Below are positions 12,942-25,282 of a stretch of DNA of 64,000 nucleotides, piece after piece. Location: contig NC_043006.1 in NCBI RefSeq assembly GCF_006345805.1, forward strand, positions 84,692,001-84,756,000, in the 5' to 3' direction. Both the position numbers and the translations under genes were made by a program. This stretch comes from Octopus sinensis. Taxonomy: Eukaryota. Position 1 is the stretch's first letter; each line of letters opens with the position of its first letter. The notes under the pieces are model-generated. The model made no database searches and was not told where the DNA came from. It was given only the letters and a program-made list of their open reading frames with translations.

Positions 12942-14657
12942 GGATCAGTTGTCTGTTCGTCAGTTTGAGTTCGGTCGTGTTTTTTTACGCTCGTAAAATT
13001 CGGTAAAAGAGATCAAAAAGAATTGTTGTTGTTGTTGTGGAAATTTTGAACGGCGTTAAAGCGGTTTCGCGTTCCACTGGTTCTGCGCGTTACACTTTTT
13101 CTGTTTTGACGGCCGTTTTGGCCTGTCAGGCGGGAGGAGATGGATGACCACTCCCTAGTGGAGGAGTCGGGGAAGAATGGATATTTGAGAGCTTGTCGGA
13201 GACATCGAACTCTGAAGACGAGCAAATCGGTGATGTAAATAATGTGGAGACAAAAAACAGGAAAACGTACGCAGGAGTTGCAAAAAAGAAGACGGAACAG
13301 GAAAAAGAAATAAACCTAGAAAAATTGCCAGGTTTCCAGAGGTATATGAGGAAGGACAGCGGCGAGGTGGAACTGGAACCACCACCAAAGAGAAAGGAAT
13401 GGTACAATAAGAGGACCATAATTTACAGGGTGTTCGTGAACGAAAGAAGAAAATAGAGATCGTAAACATGGAATGGATAGAGGAGGCCCTGAGAAGATCG
13501 GAGGAGGAAATCATTTTTCTGACTCGAGGATCGAAGTACGGTACTGTAGTGGTGCATTTTAAAAGTGAGACTGCAGCGAGGAGGATGGCGGTGAAGGCGG
13601 TGAAGTCAGAAAGGGTAACACTTTTACCTATGTACTTGAATAGAAGGATCACACGAGTAAGGGTGGAGGGAGTGCCACCAAACGTGGAGGCTGAGTGGAT
13701 TGTGGCGGCTGTGATCAGCGGCCACGAGGAGAAAGTAGATATTCTCCATGCCTCGGTCAAGACCGAGGGCTGGAGAGGCGTAATAGTGGAGCTGAACGTG
13801 CAGGCGGAGAGCGAGGTACTGGTGGACCTGGCGGAGAGCATTAAATTGGGAGACGTGATTATGAGAGTGTGGGTGGAGGGCAGAGCTCCACGTTGTTACA
13901 AGTGTGGCCTGAGGGGCCACATAAGAGCCTTCTGCCCTCCCCCACCAAGAGAAAAGGAAATCGTTGAGGAAACTCCAAAAGAGGAGGCCCCAAAAGAAGA
14001 AGAAATTAAAGAGAAGCAGACGGAAAGGGAAATGACAGAGGAGGAGGAGATGCAAAAAGAGTGTGAGGAGGGCAGAAAGAAGAGAAAAGGAAAGAAAAGG
14101 AAAAACTGTGCGAAGCCCCAACCCACCCCAATACCACCCACACCCTTGGAGACCCATCCTGCCCCCGCAAACAGCAATCCCACCCACTCCCCGCCTACAA
14201 GAAAAACGAAAACAGACACACAGAACATACAAAAGCCCCAGTCCTACTTTTTATGTGTTGTGGGGAAGGGGGATACTGAGAACGCAAGAAGGCTTTTTGA
14301 AGACGATGTATGGCAGGAGTATGAGGACGGAAGCTATGCGGTATTCGATTTTGAACTCATGGGCTCTTTGATGAGCAAGTGCAATGAACTACGTATAAAT
14401 TGTTTATCAGCATATATGAAGGATGATATGATAGAGAGATATGAGAGAGAAATGAAAGGTGAGGTGAAAAACTTTGGAATCGTGATAGGAAACGGAAAGG
14501 TAAGTGATGCTGGCGGAGGGGGCTGTTAGCATCGCTTTCATGTTATCATTTTTTCATTTTAACATTCATTTAATCATAATTTTAATCGCATTGTTTTATG
14601 TCCCCCATGTTTTGTAATGTTCCCTCTTCGTGGCCCCTAGTGGGTAATAAAGAAATA
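12942..14657 (+). mobile_element. ORF1-only non-LTR retroelement (HAL1-like; L1/Tx1 ORF1p) with 19-bp TSD
   Basis: TSD gaccaacatgtgtccccgc at 12923-12941 and 14658-14676. The 5' end has CAGTT motifs, the 3' end is ...gtgggtAATAAAgaaata, and there is no room for ORF2. Confidence 0.85.
13140..14529 (+). CDS. Gag-like ORF1p (RRM-like region plus CCHC zinc knuckle). Intact 353-aa part is 13468-14529, extended upstream across two -1 frameshifts.
   Basis: VWVEGRAPRCYKCGLRGHIRAFCP (CX2CX4HX4C), TRVRVEGVPPNV, TYAGVAKK. ATG at 13140; frameshifts near a G-run (~13168) and an A-run (~13450). Confidence 0.8.
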
Positions 14658-14662
14658 GACCA

Positions 14663-15024
14663 ACATGTGTCCCCGCTACCGAAACGGTAATTATTTCTAC
14701 GTCAGCTATGTTGGTCTAAAGTCGTATGACAACCACCGTTATATATATTTTGTTTATTCATTACTGTTTTCAATTTCGTTTTCGTCTCTTGTATTCACAT
14801 CCGTCTTGTGCGTTCACATTCCTGTCTTCTACCAAGAAATCTAATGCTTACAGCTTAGTTTTTTTCTTGGGGCTGGCCGAGTTGGAGCAAATATCAGAAT
14901 TGAACAGCCGAAATTTGCTATGATGATTCGGTGTCTGACTGAAGATTGAAGGCTTCGAATGATTTGTCTGTGTTCCGTGTTCGTCCCTTCCTGTATTTCA
15001 CGTTCATTATATATAAAAACATTC

Positions 15025-15027
<3 letters not shown>
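14663..15027. repeat. Direct repeat copy 2
   Basis: See 12205-12594. Confidence 0.95.
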
Positions 15028-15058
<31 letters not shown>

Positions 15059-15339
15059 GAAATATGTTATGAAAAAAATATAAAATACACGTGGAAATGT
15101 AAGGGTAAAATATGAAAAGTCAACGAAAATGCATATTGCAAATAGAAAAAGGCTATTTATGAGAGGTAACGACAAATATATACATTTAGATTGACTGAGG
15201 TATAAATACCAGTCATAAAAGTCATTATTATGAGATGATTATAAGATGATAATAAAGTAAGAGAACAAAACGAACCAATGATTTACGCAAAGCTGTTCAT
15301 CGTTTGAACAACACCGGTCAATACACGGTATACATATAT

Positions 15340-15420
<81 letters not shown>

Positions 15421-16220
15421 GACACGCAACAGGTTTCTGCCAATTTCAGTCTAATAAACCCACTCACAAGACTTCGGTGACCTAGGACTATAGTAAAAGA
15501 GATTTGCTTAAAATGCCACGCAGTGGGATTGACCCCAGAACCAGAGTGATAAAAAAGCAAACTTCCTAACCACACATCCACCTCTGTCACTATACAATAA
15601 CATTACACCTCTTCCATTACTTAATATAATCATGACTCCTCCCATTATACTTCTCTGCTGTTACGTCATGAATCTCATTAAACATTTCATCTATTACATA
15701 ACATAATCCCATCCCTTCACCTCTTATTATTGTCCCTTTAATAGCTTCGTAATATCTATGAAACCTCCCACCACATCTATCAGCAAAAAGAAGCAGAATT
15801 TACAAAATATTTGTTGATAAACTTCGAATATTACATCATAACATCTGAACGGAGATATGATCTATTTACCCTGTTAGATAAATATTTACACCCAAGGTGG
15901 GAAATTCATGCACCACCAAACCCAGTTGAGAAGCCCTGATGCAAAAGCTTCAAAGTATAAATTACAAACACAAACAGAGGATATTTTATTTATTTTATAT
16001 GTTTGAGTGTTAAATATAGAATCAATTATTTCCTCTTTCATTGTCAAAGATATTTATCGATGAATGAATATCGACTCCATAGACTACAGGAGAGAAGAAC
16101 GTAGAGAGTAAGAGACAGTTAGGGAAAGTAGAGGAGCAAGAGTGGGAGTGAGAGTTGTGCTTGCATTTCTGTTTCCATTAGCAATATTTTGTAATATGTT
16201 TAGTCAAATAAATAAAACCA

Positions 16221-16760
16221 TTGCTTGGCTTGGCTTGGCTTGGCTTGGCTTGGCTTGGCTTAGCTTGTCTTGGATTGGTAAGGCTTGGCTTGGATTGGAT
16301 TGAATTGGCAAGACTTGACTTTGTTTGGCTTCACTTCACTGAGCAGTGTTGGCTTTGACTTGACTTGGCTTCACTTCACTGGACAGAGCTTGGCTTGGCT
16401 TGGCCTGGTTTCACTTGGCTTGACTTCACTTGACAGTGTTTGACTTCACTTGGTTTGGCTTGGACGGGATTGATAAGGCTTGTCTTGGATTGGATTGGCA
16501 AGGTTTGATTTGGCTTGGTTTCACTTGCATTTGGCAGTACTTGGCTTGGCTAGGCATGCAGGCTGGACTACTTGAAATGTTCGCTAGGCTGTGCTGGTTG
16601 TTTTCACTTGGCGAAACTGTGCTGGTTGGACATGGTCGAGCTGACTAGGCATTTAGAGCACAGCTGGACTGGATTGGGCTGGGCTGAGTTGGTCTTGACT
16701 GAGCTTTTCTAGGCTGGGCTGGCTTAGGCTGAGCTGGGTTAGTCTGGGCTAGACAGGTGG
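16221..16760. repeat. Degenerate (CTTGG)n pentamer array
   Basis: Perfect ttggc units at the start, decaying to ctggg/cttca variants. Confidence 0.85.
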
Positions 16761-16789
16761 CCTGAATGATAAAAATAAAAATAATAATT

Positions 16790-17005
16790 CTTCCTGCTAA
16801 AGGCACAAGGCCTGAAATTTGGGGTGGGAAGGGGACTAGTCAATTACATTGACCTCAGTGTTTCACTGATATTTAATATATTGACCCTGAAAGGATGAAA
16901 GGCAAAGTCAACCTCAGCGGAATTTGAACTCAGAACGTGAAGACGGATGAAATGCTGCTAAACATTTTGCCCAATGTGCTAATAATTCAGCAGGCTCACC
17001 GCTTT
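16790..17005 (-). mobile_element. SINE family B (core gtcgactttgcctttcatcctttcgggg)
   Basis: Many copies, e.g. ~21995-22200(-), 27850-28155(-), 28955-29170(+), 32610-33085(+), 41400-42300(-), 55060-58200(+). Confidence 0.8.
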
Positions 17006-17021
17006 ATATAATGATAATAAT

Positions 17022-17375
17022 TTCAGCTTTTCTTACCAAGAAAGGAACTGAAAATTATTTAAGAATGATCCCTGGCTTACCATCCATACAAGAAGTGCAA
17101 AAGATTGTTTTAACTGCTAAGTCACACATATTGAGAAGAGCATTGTCATTGTGAATTTTCTTTCCTTCCCACCTCCACATCTTTTTCTTTTTATCCCATT
17201 TTATCCCTATTTTTTATTTTTTCCCTTCCTTTCTATCATATATCTTAACTTTGTAAATGAAGAATCTAGTGTTTACATTTTAATGGTCTACTGATGTATA
17301 CAGCGAGTTTCTTTGCTCTCACTGTCAAGAAGACACTTGACAAGAAATGGAAACAAAATTGAAAGAAGAAAAACA
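17022..17375 (+). mobile_element. R4/Dong-like LINE extreme 3' end
   Basis: KKGTENYLRMIPGLPSIQEVQKIVLTAKSHILRRALSL*, followed by a 3' UTR and (AAT)n. Confidence 0.7.
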
Positions 17376-17377
17376 AC

Positions 17378-17412
<35 letters not shown>

Positions 17413-17420
17413 TAACAATA

Positions 17421-18046
17421 AGTGAAACCCTTTGGCATATTACCAGTTAATGTATGCCACTAACTCAAAAGGAATATAAGAGATGCCATGACAATATAGC
17501 CAGGCTTGTCCATTGGACACTTTGCACCAAGAATGGGCTTGACAGAGCAAAAAAGTGGTATGAACATAAACCTGAAGGCATCATCAAAAATGAGAATGCA
17601 AAGATCCTATGGGATTTTATGATTCAGTAACGACCATGAGGTAGAGAATAGGAAGCTGGACATAGTCTTAATTGAGAAAGAAAACAAACTATGCTGGATC
17701 ATAGATATAGCATGCCCAGCTGACAACAAGGTATGCGATAAGGAAGAAAGAAAAGTTGAGAGATATGACAGGTTAGCTTGGGAAGTTAAGTAGTTGTGGT
17801 CGATGAAAAAGGTAGCAGTAGTACCAATAATTGTCGGAACCCTGGGAACAGTGAGCAAAAATCTCTAGAAGTATGTAGAACAAATAGGGGCTGCAATAAG
17901 GGTGGAGCACTTGCAGAAGACAGCACTGCTTGGAACCGCTTGAATTCTCCGGAAGGTGCTTGAAAAATAAGGTGTTACCTTAGTTGACTGGTAGTGAACA
18001 GCTGACACTGTAGTACATCTCCAGCATTAGGAGCTGTGCAAAGGCA
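17421..18046 (+). pseudogene. R4/Dong-like LINE restriction-like endonuclease domain, decayed
   Basis: ETLWHITS..YKRCHDNIARLVHW..WYEHKPE..KILWDFMIQ..RKLDIVLIEK..IIDIACP..KVERYDRLAWEVK..VVPIIVGTLG..LQKTALLGTA; flanked by (TAA)n on both sides. Confidence 0.9.
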
Positions 18047-18066
18047 ATAATAATAATAATAATAAT

Positions 18067-18540
18067 AGATCCAGTGTGAAGAATTGCAAAATTCTGTGGG
18101 ATGCAATGATCCAGTACAATAACCCGACTAGACATCAGAAACTGGACATTGATTTGGTGAATAAAAAAGAATGAATATGCATGATAACCGACATAGCATG
18201 CCCCGGTGATAACAGGATCAATGTGAAGGGAAAATAAAAAATAAACAACTATGACAATTTGAAGTGGGAAATATGAAGGTTTTGGTCAATGAAGAGAGTG
18301 GATTTGATACCAATAGTAATTAGTGCACTTGGAAGTATCAGCACTCAACTACCAACATGGTTCAAAAAGATTGGTACAAGTGTGAAGGTAGAACACCTAC
18401 AAAAACCAGCATTGCTTAGAACTGCAAGAATTCTTTGCAGGCTTCTTGAAGCATGACCAGTAAACAAGTGTCACCGTAGTCTGCTGGCTGTGGACAGCTG
18501 ACACTTTCCATCATACCCAGCAAAATAAGCTGTGAGTTCT
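18067..18540 (+). pseudogene. Second R4/Dong-like RLE fragment (different subfamily)
   Basis: KILWDAMIQ..KLDIDLVNK..DIACPGD..NYDNLKWEI..IPIVISALG..LQKPALLRTARIL. Confidence 0.88.
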
Positions 18541-18788
18541 CATCATCATCATCGTTTAGCGTCCGCTTTCCATGCTAGCATGGGTTGGACGGTTCAACTG
18601 GGGTCTGGAAAGCCAGAAAGCTGCACCAGGCCCAGTTGAACCGTCCAACCCATGCTAGCATGGAAAGTGGACGCTAAACGATGATGATGATGATGATGAT
18701 GATAACTCACAGCTTATTTTGCTGGGTATGATGGAAAGTGTCAGATGTTCACAGCCAGCAGACTAAGGCGACATTTGTTTACTGGTCA
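18454..18788. repeat. Long inverted repeat (~150-bp arms, ~28-bp loop)
   Basis: 18454-18602 is the reverse complement of 18631-18788 with few mismatches. Confidence 0.95.
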
Positions 18789-19073
18789 ATAAATAAATAA
18801 ATATAACAACAACAACAACTTATAAAAAAAATATTTATTACATCATAAAGCATTATGCTAATAGAGTTAAATATCTTGTTCAAGGTGTGAGTGATTAGCA
18901 CAACATACGCAGTGTGAAGGAAACCCGAGATGAGAACACAAGCATCAGAAAGTGGCTACTTACCTGTACCTTATCCAATCAAATGATCACCGTCACTGAA
19001 GCACAACAAAAGCAGAGGTTGGATGGGGACATGTGGGGGACAGGTAAAATTGTGTTTTATTTGGGGAGGACAG

Positions 19074-19145
<72 letters not shown>

Positions 19146-19666
19146 GCAGAATTCAAATTAATTAATATTCAATAATATTAATATTCATTAATATTCATAA
19201 TAGTTCAATAAATTAACAGTTGAGTAGGAAAGAATATCAGTGGAAAAAGTTGGCCAATGTACACATAACCATCCTTAGAAATTGTCCATTTAGTTTCAAT
19301 TGTTTAGATGTTGTTATACATACAAATATACATTCATTCATTCATACATATATCTTTTATCTTGGACTACTTTCTGCCATTAGAAGGTGGCCATGCTGGG
19401 ATATCACCTGAAAACATTTTGGTTGCACAAATCAACCTCAGTACTTGTTTTATTTTTAAAACCTGGCACCTTATTCTATTCTATCAGTCTATTTTGCTGA
19501 ACTGCTAAGTTACAGATTATAAAATACACCCAACACCAGCTGTAAAGTGGTGGTGGTAAGGGAGAGGGGAAGGACAAACTCATACACAAAGACACTATAT
19601 ATAGTATGTATGTATATATATACACACACACACACAGATATATATATATACATATACATACATACA

Positions 19667-20050
19667 TCTCTCTATATATAAACGGCAGTTTGTCTGTGCG
19701 TGTTTCTGTGTGTCTGTTTGGTTGTACCCTCACCCTGACCACGGCTTTCAACCGATTCTGATGAAACTTGACACACACATAGCCCAATGTCATATTTCAA
19801 AACTAACGCAGCGAAAATTTTGAAAAGTTCCCCCAGTTTTGAAAAAAATCGATGAATTCGACATGGGGTCGACAATCAGAAACACAAACCGCAAACTGTC
19901 TAGGGCACGCAACTCCACCTTTTTTACTCTCAAAAAAAATTTACCATAATTTTTTTTCCATTTTTTTGCTATTTTTTGGCTATAACTCTCTAAAAATGCT
20001 TTATAGTTATTTCCCTTACAAACCTGAGCAACGCCGGGCGATACTGCTAG
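19667..20050 (+). mobile_element. Non-autonomous Helitron
   Basis: 5' A|TC start, 3' hairpin cctgagcaacgccggg followed by CTAG|T. Confidence 0.75.
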
Positions 20051-20391
20051 TATATATATATAATGGGCTTCTTTTGGTTTCTATCTACCAAACCCCCACA
20101 CAAGGCTTTGACTGGCCTGAGGCAATTGTAGAAAAAAAACTTGCCCAAGGTGCCATACAGTAGGATAGAACCCAGATCCATGTGGTCAGGAAAGAAACTT
20201 CTTACCACACAGCTATGCTTCCATCTATTTTACATACATACACGCGTGTGTTCATTTCTCTTTTCACCATCTGTGATTTTATTTTTGATCTTCTATATAA
20301 ATGAAGATATTTCCTCTGCCTGGCTGCTTTTCCTTCTACAAAATGGTAAGTTACATTGCAGAACAGTCATTTTAATGAGTTGTATTTATTT

Positions 20392-20497
20392 ATCCCCTGA
20401 CAAGATACGTCTGCACCACTGGATGCTCCTGAACCAGTTGTTGAGTGTCCCAGCCATGAGGAATTGATGCTAGATGTGTTGAAACAATTGTTGTGAT
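20392..20497 (+). ncRNA. Decayed hammerhead-like motif with long stem-loop II
   Basis: auccc CUGACaA GAUACGUCU [~60 nt] AGAUGUGUU GAAA CAAUUG UU gugau; palindromic helix III. Confidence 0.5.
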
Positions 20498-20621
20498 CAA
20501 TGATAAATACTTGTATATTCCATCTTCTGTCTTTCATTTGTTATATACCTATCAATCACTGTGAAAGTGACCGTGCTTTACCAGTAAGCTACCAGGTGTA
20601 AACCATTCATTTTATTATCCA

Positions 20622-20652
<31 letters not shown>

Positions 20653-20655
20653 CAC

Positions 20656-20845
20656 ACCTTGAGAAATTAGGCTTCTCAAAATCAGAAAGGAGAAAGCTAA
20701 TTCAAAGACTACAGATCCAGTCCATCAGTGGAACTGTAAAAATCTGTAAAACTTTCCAGAGGTTTATCATTTAAATATATATGAGCATGTCCAGATATTC
20801 AACTATATGTATGAGAATACATACATAAAACATACAAATCTACGC
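20656..20845 (+). mobile_element. RLE-LINE 3' end in (TACA)n
   Basis: LEKLGFSKSERRKLIQRLQIQSISGTVKICKTFQRFII*; homologous to 8318-8512. Confidence 0.75.
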
Positions 20846-21027
20846 ATGCATGCATGCATACATGCATACATACATACATACATACATACATACATACATA
20901 CATACATACAAAAATACCGTTGTTGATGTTGAGATTCCAATGAAGGAGCCTTGGATCTAAGTTACAAACCGGTTCTTTCTCTATTGGCAAGAAATCTTGA
21001 AATAAACTGAGTAATGACATACATACA

Positions 21028-21063
<36 letters not shown>

Positions 21064-21512
21064 TATATATAAATATATATATAAAATTCAGTTTGACTCA
21101 GCTCCATGTAGCTTGAGAGAATGAATCTATCTTGGTCTCAGCTACAAGCCAATGAAACTCTAAGTAGCATTGAGCTGAGTCAAGCTGTTATTAAATTATA
21201 TGTGTAACTATACACACACTCACACACACACACACATACACATATATAAATACATGCAGACATATACATGGTGTTCATAAATTATCTTTATAATGTTCAC
21301 AATTTATTGTATCTAATAGAGTTGAGCTCCATCAATGAACTTCTTTGCAACCAATCAAACCCATGTGGAAGTGTTCTGATATTTCAAATAAAACAATATT
21401 TCTTAGCCTACACTTTCAAATGAATTCTGCTGAATTATCCTTATATTTTTTTCTTTTTCTGAATTTTTCAAATTTACAGACACTCTGTATTACTGTAAAA
21501 ATTTTTAACATA

Positions 21513-21935
21513 TGAGAGGGGGCTGAAAAGTTCCTGGCTTAAAGGGTTTTGAAAAAAGGCTTGGTTGGAAACCTAACCTTCCAAGTTCTTTTACAGAGCT
21601 TAGAAAAACTGAAGAGGGGAGAATATGTTGAATGAAATCATAATTAACTGACCCTCCAGTATTTTCTTTTACCCAAAGCCAGGATCTTTTCAGCAACCCC
21701 TCATGTATTTATATGAGGGGTGGAGGTTAAAAAGTTCCTAGCTTAAAGGGTATTGCGAAAGGCCTGGTTGGAAGTCCAACCTTTCAAGCTTTTTTACAGG
21801 ACTTAGAAAAACTGAAGGACCACTGCAATATGACAATGAATCTGAGAAGGGAATATGTTGGAAAAAACCAAAACTAACTGATCCTCCTGTATTTTCATTT
21901 GCCCAAAGCCAGAAGCTTTTCAGCAACCCCTCATG
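21513..21935. mobile_element. Two tandem mariner-type MITEs (21513-21705, 21713-21935)
   Basis: TIRs gagggg..ctgaaaagttcctggct / agccagga.cttttcagcaacccctca in each copy, in TA context. Confidence 0.75.
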
Positions 21936-22840
21936 TATAGTTACATTAAAGCCATTTGAAATATTATCAAACAAAAAATTCAAACCATATATTGGTTTCA
22001 AATTTTGACACAAGGCCAGCAATTTCAGGGGTAGGGGCTAAGTCAATTACATTAACTCCAGTGTTCAACTGGTACTTATTTTACCAACCCCAAAAGGATG
22101 AAAAGCAAAGTCGACCTCGGCAGAATTTGAACTCAGAACACAAGGATAGATGAAATACTGCAAAAGTATTTTGCCCAGCATGCTAATGATTCTGCCAGCT
22201 CAATACGTATATGGGATTGAAATGTGTGTATGTTCAAACATATTGGTAATGCAACAGTAGTTTGTGTGTGTCAGTGCTTGCATGTGTGCATATGTATGTA
22301 TGGTGTGGTAAAAAGGGGCATTAATTAACAGATGTTAATTTGTGCTTCATTAATTGTTTTCCACTAATATAGTAATGGACAGCATATGTAAAACATATGT
22401 ACATACATATAAACATATACAGACCTACATATATATATATGCATATACATAGTCAAATAAAATAAACAAACACACGTACAAACACACACTTCACATATAA
22501 AAGTATATATACATATAAGTATTTTTATATATACATACATTGATACAAATATATATTTATATATACATATATATATATATATATTCACATATAACATATA
22601 CATATTTATATATACACATATATTTATATGTACATATATAGATATACATGGATAAACTTTGGAAATTTCAAGATCTTAATACTGTATAGTAAAATGAAAT
22701 ATCAAATGTGAATATTCTGTGCACTATTGTCTTTATTCTTTGATTAGAATTTCAAACTTCGAAACACATCTTATCTAGAAGGGATTGTCTCCCCTACAAC
22801 AGCTGACCACCAGGGGGACACCATGTATGTGTGTGTATAC

Positions 22841-22885
<45 letters not shown>

Positions 22886-22886
<1 letters not shown>

Positions 22887-23607
22887 TTTATAATTATATA
22901 CACAATTATAATAAGGGCTTGGTTTGCACCTCGCCACACACTGAAAAATAGATGTCAATAGACACTATTAAAACCATAAATTCTCTGAGGAAAACACACT
23001 ACATAATAGGTTAGCAAAAGAAAGAAAATGAATTAAACTTGAAGTTAACTTCATACAAGATCCTTTTTCCAGCTTAAAGTAAAAAAATATTACCTATTGC
23101 CTTCATCAGTGCAGGTATTCCATAGCATAAATTTACATGTGTCCATGAATATGTGAATGCACTGCGACTTCACTCAACCATCCATCCACACTCACAGAAA
23201 TATACTGCAAAGTAGAATTCACATCTTTCTTTTATACCCACGTGTAGTGTGTCAAGATCAAGTCTGCAGTTAATAAAGTTTTCATCAAGGAGTAAATTTT
23301 TCAAATATTAATTATAATAATAATAAAGGGGGAAAAAAATCATTAATGATTTTTACCAGGTGGTCAGCGCAGAAATAAAAACCTCATAGGTAAATTTTAC
23401 AAACATTTTATAATTAAATACATAATTATAATAATGGTTTGGCTTGCACTTCACCATGCACTGAAAAATAGACGTCAAAAGACACTATTACCATCATAAA
23501 TTATAATTATGTATATAATTATAAAATATTTGTAAAATTTACCTATGAGGTTTTTATTTCCGCGCTGACCACCTGGTAAAACTTATTAATGATATTTTAC
23601 CCTTTAT

Positions 23608-23610
<3 letters not shown>
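22886..23610. mobile_element. PLE-like remnant with direct repeat (22886-22982 / 23407-23502) and inverted repeat (23319-23431 / 23501-23610)
   Basis: Both repeats are visible directly; a minus-strand CUGAUGA...GAAA remnant lies at ~23060-23112. Confidence 0.65.
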
Positions 23611-23661
<51 letters not shown>

Positions 23662-23956
23662 TATATATTCATACACATGCACATATATGTATATATATAT
23701 ATGTGTGTGTGTGTATGTGTAGGATAAAAAATACTCCAATGAAGCTGATGTTGTTTTGCATTGGCAACACTTATAGTATGTAGTAAAATGAATAAAAACA
23801 AAAACAGTATAGTGAACTTGCAGGGATGGGTGGAAAATTCAATGATTCAGGCAGAGTTCGTCTTCAGGAGAAAAGCTGAAAGGTGTGGAGTCAGTTATTT
23901 TTAATTTAGCGCAGGTAAAACTCTGCTGCCTCCTCTAAATTTCTCTCCTTTCAACT

Positions 23957-23989
23957 TTTCTGAAGAAGGACTGTGTCCGAAACATTGAA
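23957..23989 (+). ncRNA. Minimal hammerhead-like motif
   Basis: uuu CUGAAGA A GGAC UGU GUCC GAAA CA UU gaa. Confidence 0.5.
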
Positions 23990-24584
23990 TATTCAACCCC
24001 TCACTGGAAGTTCACTATATTCTTTTTTTTTTAATTTTACTATATATGTACAAATACACACATGCACATGTACACACATATGCGTGCACATACACACACA
24101 CAAATATAAACTGGTAGGTTGTCTATGAGTAAAAAAACACACACACTCTAAGAGAGCTATAAAACTTTTAGATTTTTATACTGTCAGGCAGTATATTTCA
24201 GGTTATGGTATATAACCATTTAAAAAGTTTCCAATGATTTCCAACTATTGCACTTGGCACTATTGAAGAATATATTCAATAAGTTTGGATGAACCCAAAG
24301 TCTGAACTGTTGTAGTTAAAATGTTGAACTGTTTAACTTTGGTAAGTTTTATTCCAAGTTAAACCAATGCCAGAAAGATGACTTATTAAAGAAAATAACA
24401 TGTGAATGGTATTTTTGTGACCATTAACCCTTTTGATGCCAACCTGTTTAAAACCACTCTTGGGTTTATGAAAGAAAATTTCCTGTTTTATCTAAGTTAA
24501 AAACCTACCATCAAAATGCCATCTTAATTTGTATTCCAAACACCAGCTTAATAATAACAGTTATTTTTTTGATTTACTCTTTAC

Positions 24585-24978
24585 TCTCTCCTTTACTTGT
24601 TTCAGTCATTTGACTGCGGCCATGCTGGAGCACCGCCTTTTAGTCAAGCAAAAAAAACCCAGGACTTATTCTTTGTAAGCCTAGTACTTATCATATCGGT
24701 CTCTTTTGCCAAACCGCTAAGTTACAGGGACGTAAGCACACCAGCATCGGTTGTCAGGCGATGTTGAGGGGACAAACGCACACACACACACACATATATA
24801 TATATACATATATACGATGGGCTTCTTTCAGTTTTTGTCTACCAAATCCACTCACAAGGCTTTAGTCAGCCCAAGGCTATAGTAAAAGACACTTCCCCAA
24901 GGTTCTATGCAGTGGGACTGAACCCAGAACCATGTGGTTGGTAAGCAAGCTACTTACCACAGAGCCACTCCTGCGCCT
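24585..24978 (-). mobile_element. SINE family A, full length, interrupting a TTAA MITE
   Basis: Ends ccactcctgcgcc, the reverse complement of the SINE head. Confidence 0.85.
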
Positions 24979-25282
24979 ATCATTGTTCTTCATTGTTCAT
25001 TATTTTCAAAATGAATTGAAACAAAGGCAGTGTATTTCAACAGAATTATGATAACAAAAGTGTTAAAGGGGTCTAAATTACTACCTTCCAATAAAAATCT
25101 TTTGTTCCAGTCACCAGTTTTATCAAAGACAAAATTATTTTACTAAATTCTTCATTACTATCAAAATTAATTGAAACGAACGCAGCATACTTCAACAGAT
25201 ATATGGTAACAAAAGGGTTATAATGATCTAAATTAAAACTTTCCATCAAAGTTTCATGTTAGATTATGTTCCAAAAATAAGC

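Noticed and set aside
12208-15025. LTR retrotransposon/TRIM with TG...CA LTRs and a gag gene
   Set aside because: There is no outer TSD and no evident PBS/PPT. The internal 19-bp duplication shows the ORF unit is a separate insertion, and the protein is ORF1p-like.
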